Source: Octopus vulgaris (Eukaryota). Taken from it: a stretch of 64,000 bases of DNA. Below the pieces are notes generated by a model. It made no database searches and was not told where the DNA came from. It worked only from the letters and a program-made list of their open reading frames with translations. The stretch is taken from assembly GCA_951406725.2 (NCBI GenBank), contig OX597827.1, positions 8,122,001 through 8,186,000 of the forward strand, given 5' to 3'. Every line of letters begins with the position of its first letter. Position 1 is the stretch's first letter. This document shows positions 31,301 through 44,334 of this stretch, one piece after another. Made by a program: the position numbers and the translations under genes.

Positions 31301-32240
31301 CATAGCTATGAGTCTATCTCTTTGATATTATTATGACCTTAGATACATGAAAATACACCGCTTGTACACCACAAACATGACTACACAACTGTATCTTTCT
31401 TATGACACTTTCAGTAATAAGATAGTCTGAGGGCAGCAGGGAAGTTTACATGCATTGCAATATCACAAACGTTTGTTGTTTTATAATTTACTTAATACAG
31501 AGTAAAATTTTTTCATTCTTACTGTACCATGTGACTTACTTTCATATCATCAAATATTTTGAATCATTTATCTTTTGTTTTTATTTGTTTTAGTCACTAG
31601 AGTGTGGTCATACTGGGGTACCATCTTAAAGACTTTTTAGCTTGAGTCAACCCCAATAGTAACTTTTTTTTAAAGCCTGGTACTTATTCTATTGATCTCT
31701 TTTGCTGAACTGCTAAGTTATAAGAATGTAAACACACCACCACTGGTTGTTGAGTGGTGGGGGAGGACAAACACAGATACAAGAAGCGCACACATGCATA
31801 CATACAAACATAAACATGCATGCATGCACACACACACACACTCATGAAAGACTTCTTTCAGTTTCCATCTGCCAAATCTTCTCACAAGGCATTGGTCAGC
31901 CCAAGGCTGTAGTAGAAGACACTTGCTCAAGGTGCCATACCGTAGGATTGAACCCAGAAACATGTGGTTGGGAAGTAAATCACTGCATCTATTTCATTAT
32001 TAGCTCTTCTCCTTTTAGGATTACTTGTAAACAGTATGACACAACCAATGGTGATGCTTACATCCAGCATAAAGTCTGTGATGCGCCACCTGATATTTTG
32101 CACATATTAGTAATGATGGTCAGGAAAGGGCTTAAATGAAAGGGTTTGTGAGATATATGATACTAAGTGCAAACTGACAAAATATACCCACTCTGTAGAT
32201 GAGTATCATTAATATTGTGAAATGGTTACTAAAGAATATT

Positions 32241-32836
32241 GGCGAGCTGGCAGAATTGTTAGCACACCGGGCGAAATGCTTAGCGGTATTTCGTCTGCCA
32301 TTACGTTCTGAGTTCAAATTCTGCTGAGGTCGACTTTGCCTTTCATCCTTTCGGGGTCGATTAAATAAGTATCAGTTATGCACTGGGGTTGATATGATCC
32401 ACTAAATCCGTTTGTCTATCCTTGTTTGTCCCCTCTGTGTATAGCCCCTTGTGGGTAGTAAAGAAATAGGTATTTCATCTGTCTTTATGTTCTGAGTTCA
32501 AATTCTGCTGAGGTCGACTTTACCTTTCATCCTTTCGGGGTCGATTAAATAAGTACCACTTACGCACTGGGGTTGATATGATCCACTAAATCCGTTTGTC
32601 TGTCCTTGTTTGTCCCCTCTATGTTTAGCCCCTTGTGGGTAGTAAAGAAATAGGTATTTCATCTGTCTTTATGTTCTGAGTTCAAATTCTGCTGAGGTCG
32701 ACTTTACCTTTCATCCTTTCGGGGTCGATTAAATAAGTACCACTTACGCACTGGGGTTGATATGATCCCCTAAATCCGTTTGTCTATCCTTGTTTGTCCC
32801 CTCTGTGTATAGCCCCTTGTGGGCAGCAAAGAAATA
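32241..32836 (+). mobile_element. SINE family B with tandemly triplicated body
   Basis: One head followed by three units of about 180 bp, joined at AAAGAAATAGGTATTTC. Confidence 0.88.
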
Positions 32837-33078
32837 AATATTATATTTACCTTTCCTTTCCTTTCCACTTTATCTTTTCATCTTTATTTATTTGTTTACC
32901 TATTTGTGATGTTACCTATTGTTAAAACGATTGCTTGATGTGATGTATTTTCAAAGCACCGATACTTATTCAATAAAAATTGCTAAAGAGTGCAAAATAA
33001 ACAAAACCTGAACAGTTATAGTTTGGGTTTTTTTCTTTTTCATAATAGATGTGTCCTTAATTTCAAAACAATCCAATG

Positions 33079-33440
33079 CATATTGGTGGAATCAGTCCAG
33101 ATACAAATGAATCTCTTATGGTGGAAATTATAGAAATATGAAGAATCTCAACAGAAAGTATGCAAAAGACCATTAAAGGGATGGCCAGTGGGTATTTAAG
33201 GATATAGTTGAAGGAAACACAAAGAGATGTTTCTTTGAAGAACCTACTGCTCAATATTTACAAGTGGATCAATAGTATGTTCTGACAATTGGTATTCTAT
33301 AATAGAGAGAACCACAGTAAAAATTTCATCAATCCTGCTAACCTTGATGCGCATATGCGAAGTATGGAGACATTTTGGTCTTATGCCATGAAAAAAATTG
33401 AACCTGATGAATAGTATATCTCAAGAATTTTTCTGTAGTT
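33079..33440 (+). pseudogene. Merlin (IS1595/ISXO2-like) transposase relic
   Basis: HIGG...MVEI / RKYAKDH*RDGQWVFKDIVEGNTKRCFF / NHSKNFINPANLDAHMRSMETFWSYAMKK match the IGG..VEIDE, RKY..G.WVFG and NHS..FV.P...H...IE..W motifs. Confidence 0.68.
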
Positions 33441-33443
33441 ATA

Positions 33444-33848
33444 GGCATAGGAGTAGCTGTGTGGTAAGTAGCTTGCTTATGAACCACATGATTCCGGGTT
33501 CAGTCACATTGCGTGGCACCTTGGGCAAATGTCTTCTACTATAGCCTCAGACCAACCAAAGCCTTGTGAGTGGATTTAGTAGATGGAAAGTGAAAGAAGC
33601 CCGTCGTATATATGTATATATATATATGTATGTGTGTGTGTATGTTTGTGTGTCTGTGTTTGTTCCCCCAACATCACTTGACAACCGATGCTGGTGTGTT
33701 TACATCCCTGTAACTTAGCAGTTCAGCAAAAGAGACCGATAGAATAAGTACTAGGCTTACAAAGAATAAGTCCTGGCATCGATTTACTCGATTAAAGGCG
33801 GTGCTCTAGCATGGCCACAGTCAAATGACTGAAACAAGCAAATGAGTT
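33444..33848 (+). mobile_element. SINE family A, full length
   Basis: Matches the family A sequence. Confidence 0.9.
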
Positions 33849-34294
33849 ACTTGATAGAATTTTACTGGAGATGGTATGATATATATATGAACATAGTGAT
33901 GATCAATTAGTTTTAAAAAACTAATTATTATTTGGCAAGAGCAAGTTCTATAATTCATTCTATCTTTTACTTGTTTCAGTCACTGGAATGTCAACCCCTT
34001 TTACTGAAGGGGGATAAAAACAACCCAGCACCATTTATCCAGAGAGGGGTGGGTGGGGGACAGACACAGACACAAAGACACACAGATATAAACATATATA
34101 TGTATACAAAGGGATTCTTTCAGTTTCCATCAACCAAAGCCATTTACAAGAATTTTGGGTGGCTTGGGGCTTTAGTAGAAGGCACTTGGCCAAGGTCCCA
34201 CAGCACTTGGACTGAACATGTAACCATGTGGTTGGGAAGCAAACTTCTAACTACACAGCCACCTCTGTGCCTGTATATTTATTTTTTGAATTTA

Positions 34295-34325
<31 letters not shown>

Positions 34326-34427
34326 TCTTTTACTTGCTTCAGTCATTTGACTGTGGTTATGCTGGAGCACCACCTTGAACTTTCTTCACAAAACAACTGA
34401 TCCAAAAAGTTTCATACCCATTCTATA

Positions 34428-34896
34428 TTAATCCTTTCATTACCAACCCGGCTGAAACCAGCTCTGGCTCTGAGTACAAATGTCTTGTTTTCATAAGTTT
34501 TGAATTAAAATCTTCCACCAAACCTTAGTCACAATTTATGTTCCTACCACTAGCTTAATGATAACTTTATTTTTTTATTAAATTCTTTGTTATATTTAGA
34601 CTAATTGGAAGAAACACAGAGCATCTGTAACAAAAGGCTTAAAAATATATAATAGAGAAACAATTCTTAACCCTTTTGATACCAACCCAGCTGAAACCGG
34701 CTCTGGCTCTATAGTACAAATGTTTTGTTTTCATAAGTTTTTGAATTAAAATCTTCCACCAAACCTTAGTAACAATTTATGTCCCTAACACTTGCTTAAT
34801 GATAACCAAGTTATTTTACTAAATTCTTTGTTATATTTAGAATAATTGGAAGAAACACAGAGTATCTCAACAGAAATATGGTAACAAAAGGGTTAA
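34428..34896. mobile_element. Two adjacent piggyBac-like MITEs (34428-34642 and 34666-34896)
   Basis: Direct-repeat pair; the second has TTAA-CCCTTTTG...CAAAAGGG-TTAA termini. Confidence 0.75.
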
Positions 34897-35986
34897 TCAC
34901 TTGTTATTTTGATACCTAAAATAAGACCCAACACAAATTGTTCCCTAAAAGTTGAGGTAAAAACGATGAGGACAATGATGATAGTAGTGGTGGTGATGGT
35001 GGTGGTGGCAGCAGCAATTTTGGCCATGGTGACAACGATGACAATAATGATATACCAAAGTGTTCATGATAGCAATGAACTGCTTAAACTTTTTCACTTT
35101 ATACAAACCAAATTCACATAGAATAACTATATCTTTTTTTTTTTTAATATATTGACCAATCTTTCTATTGTCTACAAACTGTGTATGACTGTTAATTATT
35201 GATTTATATCTTTACACTAAAATCGATTATATTAATTAATTTATTAATTTTGTGGGATTTTGTGTCATTATACAATTTTGATATCTACCATCAATTTTTC
35301 TGTCATGTTTCATAATGTACTGCAATTCCATCTTATTGTAAATGCATGCCTGATCGACTAGTGGATTAATTTGATGCCTGTGTGTTTAATATAACAGTTA
35401 GAAGAATGAAATTAACAGCTTTTATGTTTGAAATTAAAATGTTATATTGCACTGGTTATTTGAAATAATTTTGTCATCTATTATTGATAATTAAGTTACT
35501 ATTATTTATGTCTTCATTATGAAATTTCTACTATTAGTTTTATCATTAGAATTAATATATTTAGTATTCTGTTTTATCAGCTCTTAAAAGACAAATTTAT
35601 CAAACCTATATCCAATATTCAATTCAATTAGTTCAAGCATATATTGCCAATTAGCTGCGTGTTGCTACATTTTCTCTGAAATGTTGCATCTGTTACTGTA
35701 TGATATCATAAGAATGAATATCATTTAGAATTATCTCCGTTATGGTTATTTCTTGGAACAGTGAAGAATTTAAAAGAGAACTGAAAGGTTAGTCCCCTCC
35801 CCACTAAATACAGTTCTTATGTTTTAGAGAAAATGAGTGGCTGGTTGTAAAGAGACTGAAATGACAGAGAGCTGGATTAAATAGAGTATATAGTTTCACC
35901 GAATGTACATTGTAAATTCCTATCCTGCTAGATTCCATAAAATATTCACCAGGCATATACTGCGTTGTGAAACTGTGTGGTCTAAT

Positions 35987-36218
35987 GGGCGGGGAGCTGG
36001 AAGAAATGTTAGCACGTCGGGCTAAAAGCATAGAGGTATTTCGTCTGCCGTTACGGTGTGAGTTCAAATTCTGCCGAGGTCGACTTTGCCTTTCATCCTT
36101 TTGGGGTCGATAAATTAAGTACCAGTTACGCACTGGGGTCGATGTAATCGACTTAATACTTATGTCTGTCTTTGTTTGTCTCCTCTGTGTTTAGCCCCTT
36201 GTGGGTAGTAAAGAAATA
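35987..36218 (+). mobile_element. SINE family B (Nin-like)
   Basis: Matches 7740-7969. Confidence 0.87.
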
Positions 36219-38251
36219 GGTTACAGCGTAGAGCTTTTAATTGTTACGTCATGAGTTCAATTGTTGAACTGGGCTGCACATTGCATTCTTGAGCAAGTCA
36301 CTTTGTTACACATTACTCGAATACAGTAAGCTGCAGATGAATACTAGTGGCACCTAGAAATTAGCCTTGCAATAGAATTGTCCCCATTCCGCTAGTAGAC
36401 TTATACTCTCTGCCTAAATTCCTTTAAGATCCGAATAAGCTCTGATGTCATGAACCTGTAGGCTTTGAATTAGTTATACTGAGTTTATTTTTATCGATTT
36501 ATTTATTTTATACCACATTTATATATTACAATTAGCATTATTGGTTACAACTTTCCAACAGGCTAAATCTCAATAACTCTCTTCCTACACAACAGTGGCC
36601 TTCTGCCAATATGAGAAATAATAAAATATGGAACCTACCAGCAGGATCCAAGGAGACAAGTTTTAGTCTGCATATGTAATTAGTGAGCATAAACAGTTTT
36701 AAAGTGGTGTAAATTAGTTTGTCATGAGAAAGAAGGAAAAGTCTAATATTTGAGCTTTAGAGGAATTGAGTAATTTACTAAATTTCAACTAGCAGGAGGA
36801 AATTTAGGTATCTGGTGCTTTGTTGTTATGGAAACAATTTTCTACTCATCTAAACTTCAAGCTGCAAATTGTATTTGTAATAAAATTTTGTACAGCTGTA
36901 AGACAATTATACGAAATGATGCAAATAGTTGTTTCCAGAAAAATGTGCATCTGTGTTGGTGTGTGTGTGCATGCATTTGTGTATATGTGTGTTTGTGTGT
37001 TGGTGTGTGTGTGTGTGTGCATGCATCTGTGTATGTGTGTGTGTGTTGGTGTGTGTGTTGGTGTCTGTGTGTATATGTGTGTTTGTGTGTGTGAGTGTGT
37101 GTGCATGCATTTGTGCATATGTGTGTTTGTGTGTGTGTTGGTGTGTGTGCATGTGTGCATGCATCTGTTTTAGTGTGTGTTTGTGTGTGTGAGTGTGTGC
37201 GAATGCATTTGTGTATAGGTGTGTGTGTTGGTGTGTGTGCATGTGCATGCATCTGTGTATGTGTGTTTGTGTGTTGGTGTGTGTGTGTATGTGCGTGTGT
37301 GTTGGTGTCTGTGTGTATATGTGTGTTTGTGTGTATGTGTTTATTTGTGTGTGCATGTGTATGTGCATGTATGTGTACATACATGTGTTTGTGTGTGTAT
37401 GTGTGTGTGTGTGTGTGTCTGTGTGTCTGTGTGTGTGTGCATGCATTCACATGTGTGTGAACATAGAAATTCATGGAATGCACCAGCAAGGTTCTTTGGA
37501 GTAGTCCAAAAACTCTATTGTCAATTCTACAGAAATCATTATCAACAACGTGTATAAGAAATAAATTTATCACAATTAACTTGACGACTCTTCATACTAC
37601 ATTACCTTACAAATATCTAATTTGTGTTTTGCTTGAAATAATTGGATTGGCATTCAGCAGTATAAAGAAAAAAAGTAATATAAAACAAACCACTAAATAA
37701 CTAAATAAATAAATAGATAAATAAGCCATTCAGATGTAATACAACATTCAGAATATTGAAAATATTTGGCATTACAGCATTTGGCAAAACATTTGCAGAA
37801 AAAATTAAGTAACCAAAGTAATTTTCACATTGGAAATTATGCTGTCTATTGCATTAAAAGAGTTGTCAACTTCATTCCATCAGTTATAAAAGAGTGATCC
37901 CTTTATAAGTAATACAATTTGACTGTGGTTGTATGGTAAGAGGTTCGCTTCCCAAGCACTTGGCTCCAGGTTCAGTCTCATAGCAGATAGCATCGTGGGT
38001 GAGTGCTGCCTATGATAGCCCTGGGCTGACCAAAGCCTTGTGAGTGGACTTGGTTGATGAAAACTGAGAGAAAACCATGGTATATATAGCTCGGTGATAT
38101 CCTCACTGTTTGAGAGATATATTTGACCTATGCTACATATATATATATATATATTTGAATATAACTGTGAATATAATAGGCCGAACTGCTCGTATTTTTG
38201 ACCTCGTGTTAATATCTAGTGTGCAGTTCGACAAATTATATTTTATGACGT

Positions 38252-38328
38252 ACCTCACCGATGATCTGAGGATTAATTATGTAAGTAAAATTGCATAATT
38301 TATTAACAGTGAAACAATTGTATGGGGT
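38252..38328 (+). ncRNA. Type I hammerhead-like motif with long stem II (U4C variant)
   Basis: ACCUCA-CCGAUGA-uCUG...AAUUAUGUAA guaaaa UUGCAUAAUU...CAGu-GAAA-CAAUUG-UA-UGGGGU. Stem I is 6 bp, stem III is the palindrome ACAAUUGU and the site is GUA. Confidence 0.6.
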
Positions 38329-38480
38329 TAATCTATATTTTTGTTATTTTTCATTTGTCCTGCTCGCTTACGTTCATAGTGTGCTAAATTTTTCTTGAGA
38401 ACAATTCTTAGTGGTTGAGACCCTTGTGGATCTATCTTTAGCGTAAGAACGTCCACATAGTGGATTCTCTCTCATATTTG

Positions 38481-38519
<39 letters not shown>

Positions 38520-38764
38520 GTATATAGGGAGACAACAACCATTTGTACTTAACCTTACTTCTTTGTCCATGCATTCAACTAGCCACAAGGTATTTTCTTC
38601 CCCCACTTTGAAGAGAGGTTATAGGCCACTAGCCTTTAGGGTCTGAAGAGATGCTGTGAAGCTAAGTGCTTTATGGAAGTGAAACCCAAATAACCCAACA
38701 GACTAACCATAACTATCTTTATCTAATTATATATGTGAGTGTGTGTATACACATATATACATAC

Positions 38765-39050
38765 TTTATTATTAAACCTGCAAAAGCATCACAAAATTAT
38801 TACAAAAAACCGTTACTCAGAGTTTTACATTGCCATTCATTGGGCAGTAATGCTGAAGAATGGGATAAAAAGTTTTATATTCCATTCTTGATCACAACTG
38901 CCTGATGAATGGGAACGTGAAACTCTGAGATATTTTGTGATATTTTTGTGATGTTCTTCCAGCTTGAATAATAAAGCATATTACTCTACCTCCAGTATTC
39001 AAGCACTATTTTATTACCACCTTGTTTCACATTTATGTGCTTACTCAGGT
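38765..39050. mobile_element. Penelope-like pLTR foldback with two opposed, decayed hammerheads
   Basis: 38816-38872 is an imperfect reverse complement of 38873-38929. The plus copy reads CUGAUGA-AUG ggaa CGU-GAAA-CUC u GAG; the minus copy retains CUC u GAG-UA-ACGGUU. Confidence 0.6.
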
Positions 39051-39057
39051 GTATATA

Positions 39058-39310
39058 TCATCATCATCATCATTTAACGTCCGCTTTCCATGCTAGCATG
39101 GATTGGACGATTTGACTGAGGGCTGGCAAACCAGATGGCTGCACCAGACTCCAGTCTGATCTGGCAGAGTTTCTACAGCTGGATGCCCTTCCTAACGCCA
39201 CCCACTCCGAGAGTGTAATAGGTGCTTTTACATGCCACCGGCATGAGTGCCAGTCAGGCAGTACTGGTAACAGCAACGCTCAAATGGTGCTTTTTATGTG
39301 CCACCTGCAC
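39058..39310 (-). mobile_element. RTE LINE 3' UTR fragment
   Basis: Same family as 18217-19300. Confidence 0.8.
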
Positions 39311-39313
39311 ACA

Positions 39314-39352
<39 letters not shown>

Positions 39353-40099
39353 TTGTGTCTGTTTTTGTCTATGTTGATCCACTACCTGCATTTGGTTTAT
39401 TTACATCTTTGTAGCTTAGTGATTTGACAGAAAAAAAGACAGATAGAATAAGTACTAGTCTTAGAAAAAAAAAAACTGTGGTCAATTTGTTTGACTAAAA
39501 TCTTCAAGCTTGTCTCCAGCATGGTTGCAGACCAATGTTTGCTAAAGTTCAAGGATTTCTAGGGAAGTGACTTAGAAGTTGATGAATACAATTCCATTTT
39601 GTTAAATTAGTTGAATCTGCATGGAGGTGTGTTTTCAATTATGAAAATAGCTCCTACTTACTATAACACTGTAAATATAGAAGTAAACTCTGTGGGGATC
39701 ACCTTGCTATGCACAAACCCTAAATTACTTTTAAGGATGACAAAGGCAATTTCCTATCCTACCCAGTCCTGAATAAAGATTAATCAACCAATTCCAAAAC
39801 GAATTGGGAATTGTTAGGTTAGCAAGTGTATTTTCAATACAATTAACTCTAAAATCACGACTCTTATGAAACTAGAACAATGGTGCTGCAGCACTGAATA
39901 CACACACACACACACACACACACACAAATACACACACACACACTCATATATATATATATTTACACACACACACACACACATACATACATACATACATACA
40001 TACATACATACATACATACATACATACATACATACATACATACATACATACACTAGATGGAGTACTATTTTTGTTGATCTTTCTATCACGGAACAGTAC

Positions 40100-40147
<48 letters not shown>

Positions 40148-41239
40148 GTACTGTTCTGTGATAAAAGGGTTTATAACACTTATTTCTAGCAATATAGGTA
40201 GTAGTTAACACTGTCAGTCACAGTTAGTGACATTTGAATTTTTCCTTTTTGGTTTTATATTTTGGGGTTTTATATAGCTGCCTTCATTATTTCATTCGTG
40301 TGTGTGTGTGTGTGTGTATAATCCGAGAATTTGATCAGGATTATTTGGTTCATCTTTAAGAATAAAAAAATTGAATGGATTAAATGTGATATGTATTTAC
40401 ACAAACCAAATGTAGACTAAATGTAGATTACTTGATATATATATATATATATAAATGTAGAATAAAGTATTTCTACTATGATATAGTCCATTAAAAATAA
40501 TACATCATTACTTCTAGTTTCATATCTAGTTTCTGATTTAGCAGTCTACAAATGATAAAGAAAATCATCAGCTGTATAATAAAAGACACATATACAAAAA
40601 TTTATTGCATTTTATGCTAGTTAGAAATATCATAAGGGAAATAACCTGCTGATTATAAATATATTTGTCTGTCTGTCTGTCTTTCTGTCATTTTATGTAT
40701 CTAGCTTTCTGTTTTAGTATCATTGTGTTTCTCCTATTTCTGTTTTACTCACTCCCAGCTGAATATGTACTGTTATCACTCTCTCCCTTTCTCTCTCTCC
40801 TTCCCCTTCTCTGTCACTCTCCCCTTTATTTTTTTTCTTTCTCTCTCCCTCTTCTTCTCTCTCCCCCTCTATATTTCTATATTTCTAAAATTCTCCACTC
40901 AGCTTTCTACTTATATTCATTTTCTTTGCACCCACCCTTATCAATATGCAAACAGTTGCACATGTTTGTATGTGCAAACATGCATATACACACATACACA
41001 CATAACTCGTATTTTATCATACAACAAACTTCATTAAACCAGTATGGTAGCCTCTATGTGGTCATTCAACCTCCTTGAAGTAATGCTGCGATGGAACACA
41101 TACGCCATTGAAACCGGGAAACCAGGCCCATGAGCCTGCCTAGGCTTTAAAAGGGTGCATTTAATTTTTAATTATTATGTGTCTACCTATCTATCAGTCT
41201 ATCTATCAAACTATAGAGATAAATTGACAGATATATATA

Positions 41240-41442
41240 AGTTGGATCGTTAGCTCCTACACGCATTTTTTTTCTCTCCTTGTTTCTCCCCTTGTCTCTT
41301 TTCTGTGTATCTTTCTGTCAAAGAGCGTAGGCTTGAAACGTAAAAGACTTGTTTTATTTCTATTCCTGAGCGCCATACTAATACAATTGTTTGTTTGTAC
41401 TCCACCTGCCTTCGTCTTTTGTTTATTTACGAAAAACCTTCC

Positions 41443-41448
<6 letters not shown>
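41240..41448 (+). mobile_element. Penelope-like pLTR fragment with decayed hammerhead (41311-41346)
   Basis: CUUU-CUGUCAA-A-GAGC guag GCUU-GAAA-CG-UA-AAAG; the fragment ends in (TA)n. Confidence 0.55.
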
Positions 41449-41517
<69 letters not shown>

Positions 41518-41879
41518 CATACATACAGAGTGATAGACTGACAGACTGACTGGCAGACAGACAGGCAGACAGACAGAGAGATAGTCAGATAAATATCCCT
41601 TTCTCTCACTGTTGTAATCTCTGCGACTTATTCACTGCTTCTCTGCCAAGAGTAGCATCTTATTTTTGACTTGGATTCCCTATAAAATTAGTTGAAACAA
41701 ACCCTTGAGAAAGTAGAGAAGTTTGTATACATAAGTAAAATGCTTGAAAGCAATACTCCAGCATTGCCATATTCTACTAATTAAAACCAGAAAATCACAC
41801 ACACATCAAAGAAAACACACACACACATACACATGTATATGTATATGTATGTGTATGCCCGAGTGTGTGTATATATATG

Positions 41880-42080
41880 CCGTTGGCGATTTTTTTTTTT
41901 TTCCTCTGTCTTCCCTTCTCTGGATCTTTCCTTCTCCTATGTTTCCGACGAAGAGCTCCGCTCAAAATGTTAAACCCTCCTTCTTTCCTTCTTTCCTGAG
42001 CATCCAATAATACCATATTTGTTTCACGTCCTCGCGTTGTTGTGTTTTTTTAGTGCTTTCTTGTTTGGATTAACTTTTAT
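41880..42080 (+). mobile_element. Penelope-like pLTR fragment with decayed hammerhead (41941-41975)
   Basis: GUUU-CCGACGA-A-GAGC ucc GCUC-AAAA-UG-UU-AAAC; same family as 17958-18185. Confidence 0.55.
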
Positions 42081-42089
42081 ATATATATA

Positions 42090-42167
<78 letters not shown>

Positions 42168-42172
42168 TATAC

Positions 42173-42220
<48 letters not shown>

Positions 42221-42605
42221 ATGAAGTCACTTGGAATGGATCCAAAGGCCATAGAAACCCTTGCTTCAGGTTGAGTTGGATGGCGAACAAAAGTGTGGAG
42301 TGGAGTGAAAGCTTTTGAGGAGGCCAGGAGGACACATGCAAGACTCAAGAGAGATTTAAAGAAGGATGTTTCAATCAAGAAGGTGAATCTCAGTGACCTT
42401 TTTGTGTGCAAAATTTGTGTAAGACCATGCCTTTCTTTTGCTGGGCTCAAATCTCATTGTGGACCCATAAAAAACAAACTTCCACCCTCTACTCCGGCTA
42501 TATATATCTGTGCACCCTTTTCAATGCTGTGGATGCCATAAGGTCTGCAAACCTAACTGGGGCTTCAAAAGACATTTTAAGACCCACAAAGATCAGAACT
42601 TAACT
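42221..42605 (+). mobile_element. RTE-like LINE C-terminal fragment (second family, with C2H2-like fingers)
   Basis: [26 protein letters not shown]...[19 protein letters not shown] resembles the RTE ORF C-terminus. Confidence 0.7.
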
Positions 42606-42629
42606 GCAGCTCTTGGTTGTCCAAATTAG

Positions 42630-42748
<119 letters not shown>

Positions 42749-42791
42749 TATGTGTGCAAATGTGTGTACTTATGTATTTCATACATACATA

Positions 42792-42917
<126 letters not shown>

Positions 42918-42938
42918 TAGATATATGTATATATATAT

Positions 42939-42974
<36 letters not shown>

Positions 42975-43452
42975 GTCAAAGTGTGTTTTGTCCAGTTTTC
43001 ACTTAATAAACATTAAATATATAATTTGTTAGATTTTTATAAGAAAAACATATATTCTGAAATGATTTTTCATAACATATTTGATTTAATAAATCATAAT
43101 TTAAGAAAGAAAAAAACAGCAACTTTCTTTTTTTATTCTAATAATATGAATTAAACATACTTATTTAATATCTTGATACATAATAGGATTTGAATAAATT
43201 GACCATAATCACAATTAAGTTATTTTTATCATAAATTAATATATTCACGTAAACAAGAATCTGATAGCAAAATGTTACATTCAATGATGGAATTGAATAC
43301 ACACTTCTCCAGCTGTGTATTACTTTATATTTGATTTAAAATTTAAAATATATATACCATCCATAATTGTGTCCAATTTCATTCGTGTTTCTTTAGTATC
43401 TATTCCTGTTTATGTAGCAGTTTCCAATTTGATTTATTTCCTAAGCTCCACT

Positions 43453-43455
<3 letters not shown>

Positions 43456-43484
<29 letters not shown>

Positions 43485-43862
43485 TTAACGTCCGATTTTT
43501 CCATGCTAGCATGGGTTGGACGGTTCGACCGGGATCTGGTAAGCCATGGAGGCTGCACCAGGCTCTAGTCTGATTTGGCAGTGTTTCTACAGCTGGATGC
43601 CCTTCCTAACGCCAACCACTCCACGAGTGTAGTGGGTGTTTTTTACGTGCCACCGGCATAGGGGCCAGAGCAGGCTGGCAAACGGTCACGATCAGTTGGT
43701 GCTTTTATGTGTCACCGACACGGACTCCAGTAAGGTGGTGCTAGTATCTGCCACGTTCGGATGGTTCTTTTTACATATCACCGGCATGGGTGTCTTAACT
43801 GCAATTTTCCTTTGAATTTTTATTTTGATGTTGACGTACTTGACTCAACAGGTCTCCCCAAG
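43456..43862 (-). mobile_element. RTE LINE 3' UTR fragment
   Basis: Same family as 18217-19300. Confidence 0.82.
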
Positions 43863-43970
43863 AACTCAACAGGTCTCATCAAGATAACTCAACAGTTCTC
43901 CTCAAGAACTCAACAGGTCTTGTCAAGATAACTCAAAAGGTCTCCTCAAGATAACACAACAGGTTTCCTC
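43843..43970. repeat. 21/23-bp minisatellite, about 6 units
   Basis: ACTCAACAGGTCTCCTCAAGA(TA) repeated head to tail. Confidence 0.9.
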
Positions 43971-44334
43971 ATTTTGTATCTGTTAAATTTGTTATGAGAT
44001 GTTTGATGAATCTATATGTAATTGGTATTTATACTTGATATCATAGAAACGTATTATGTTCAGTGCCATCTGAAAGCATGGGCACACAAGGCACTTGCTT
44101 GATTGCCTCTTGGGTCTGTGAACACAATGCAAACCTATGTTTGTTTTAGTTGTGTTCATAGAGGCCCCAATATATCAATTTGCTTAGGAGCCGGTAGATC
44201 TATTAAGGCAGCCCCAATTATGTCTTTTGCTAGGACATAAGCTTTGCATGCTTTCACAAAGAAAGCAATAAATGAAATCAATGGTTAAAATGTGTAGAAT
44301 CATGTCAGTCCTATAATTTTTGACTTGAAAACTG

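Noticed and set aside
33079-33440. Bacterial IS1595 contamination or recent horizontal transfer
   Set aside because: Heavily decayed and interleaved with host SINEs; a resident Merlin fossil is the simpler explanation.
43843-43970. CRISPR-like short repeats (also 23140-23360)
   Set aside because: No unique spacers and no cas genes; the context is eukaryotic and the units derive from the RTE LINE.
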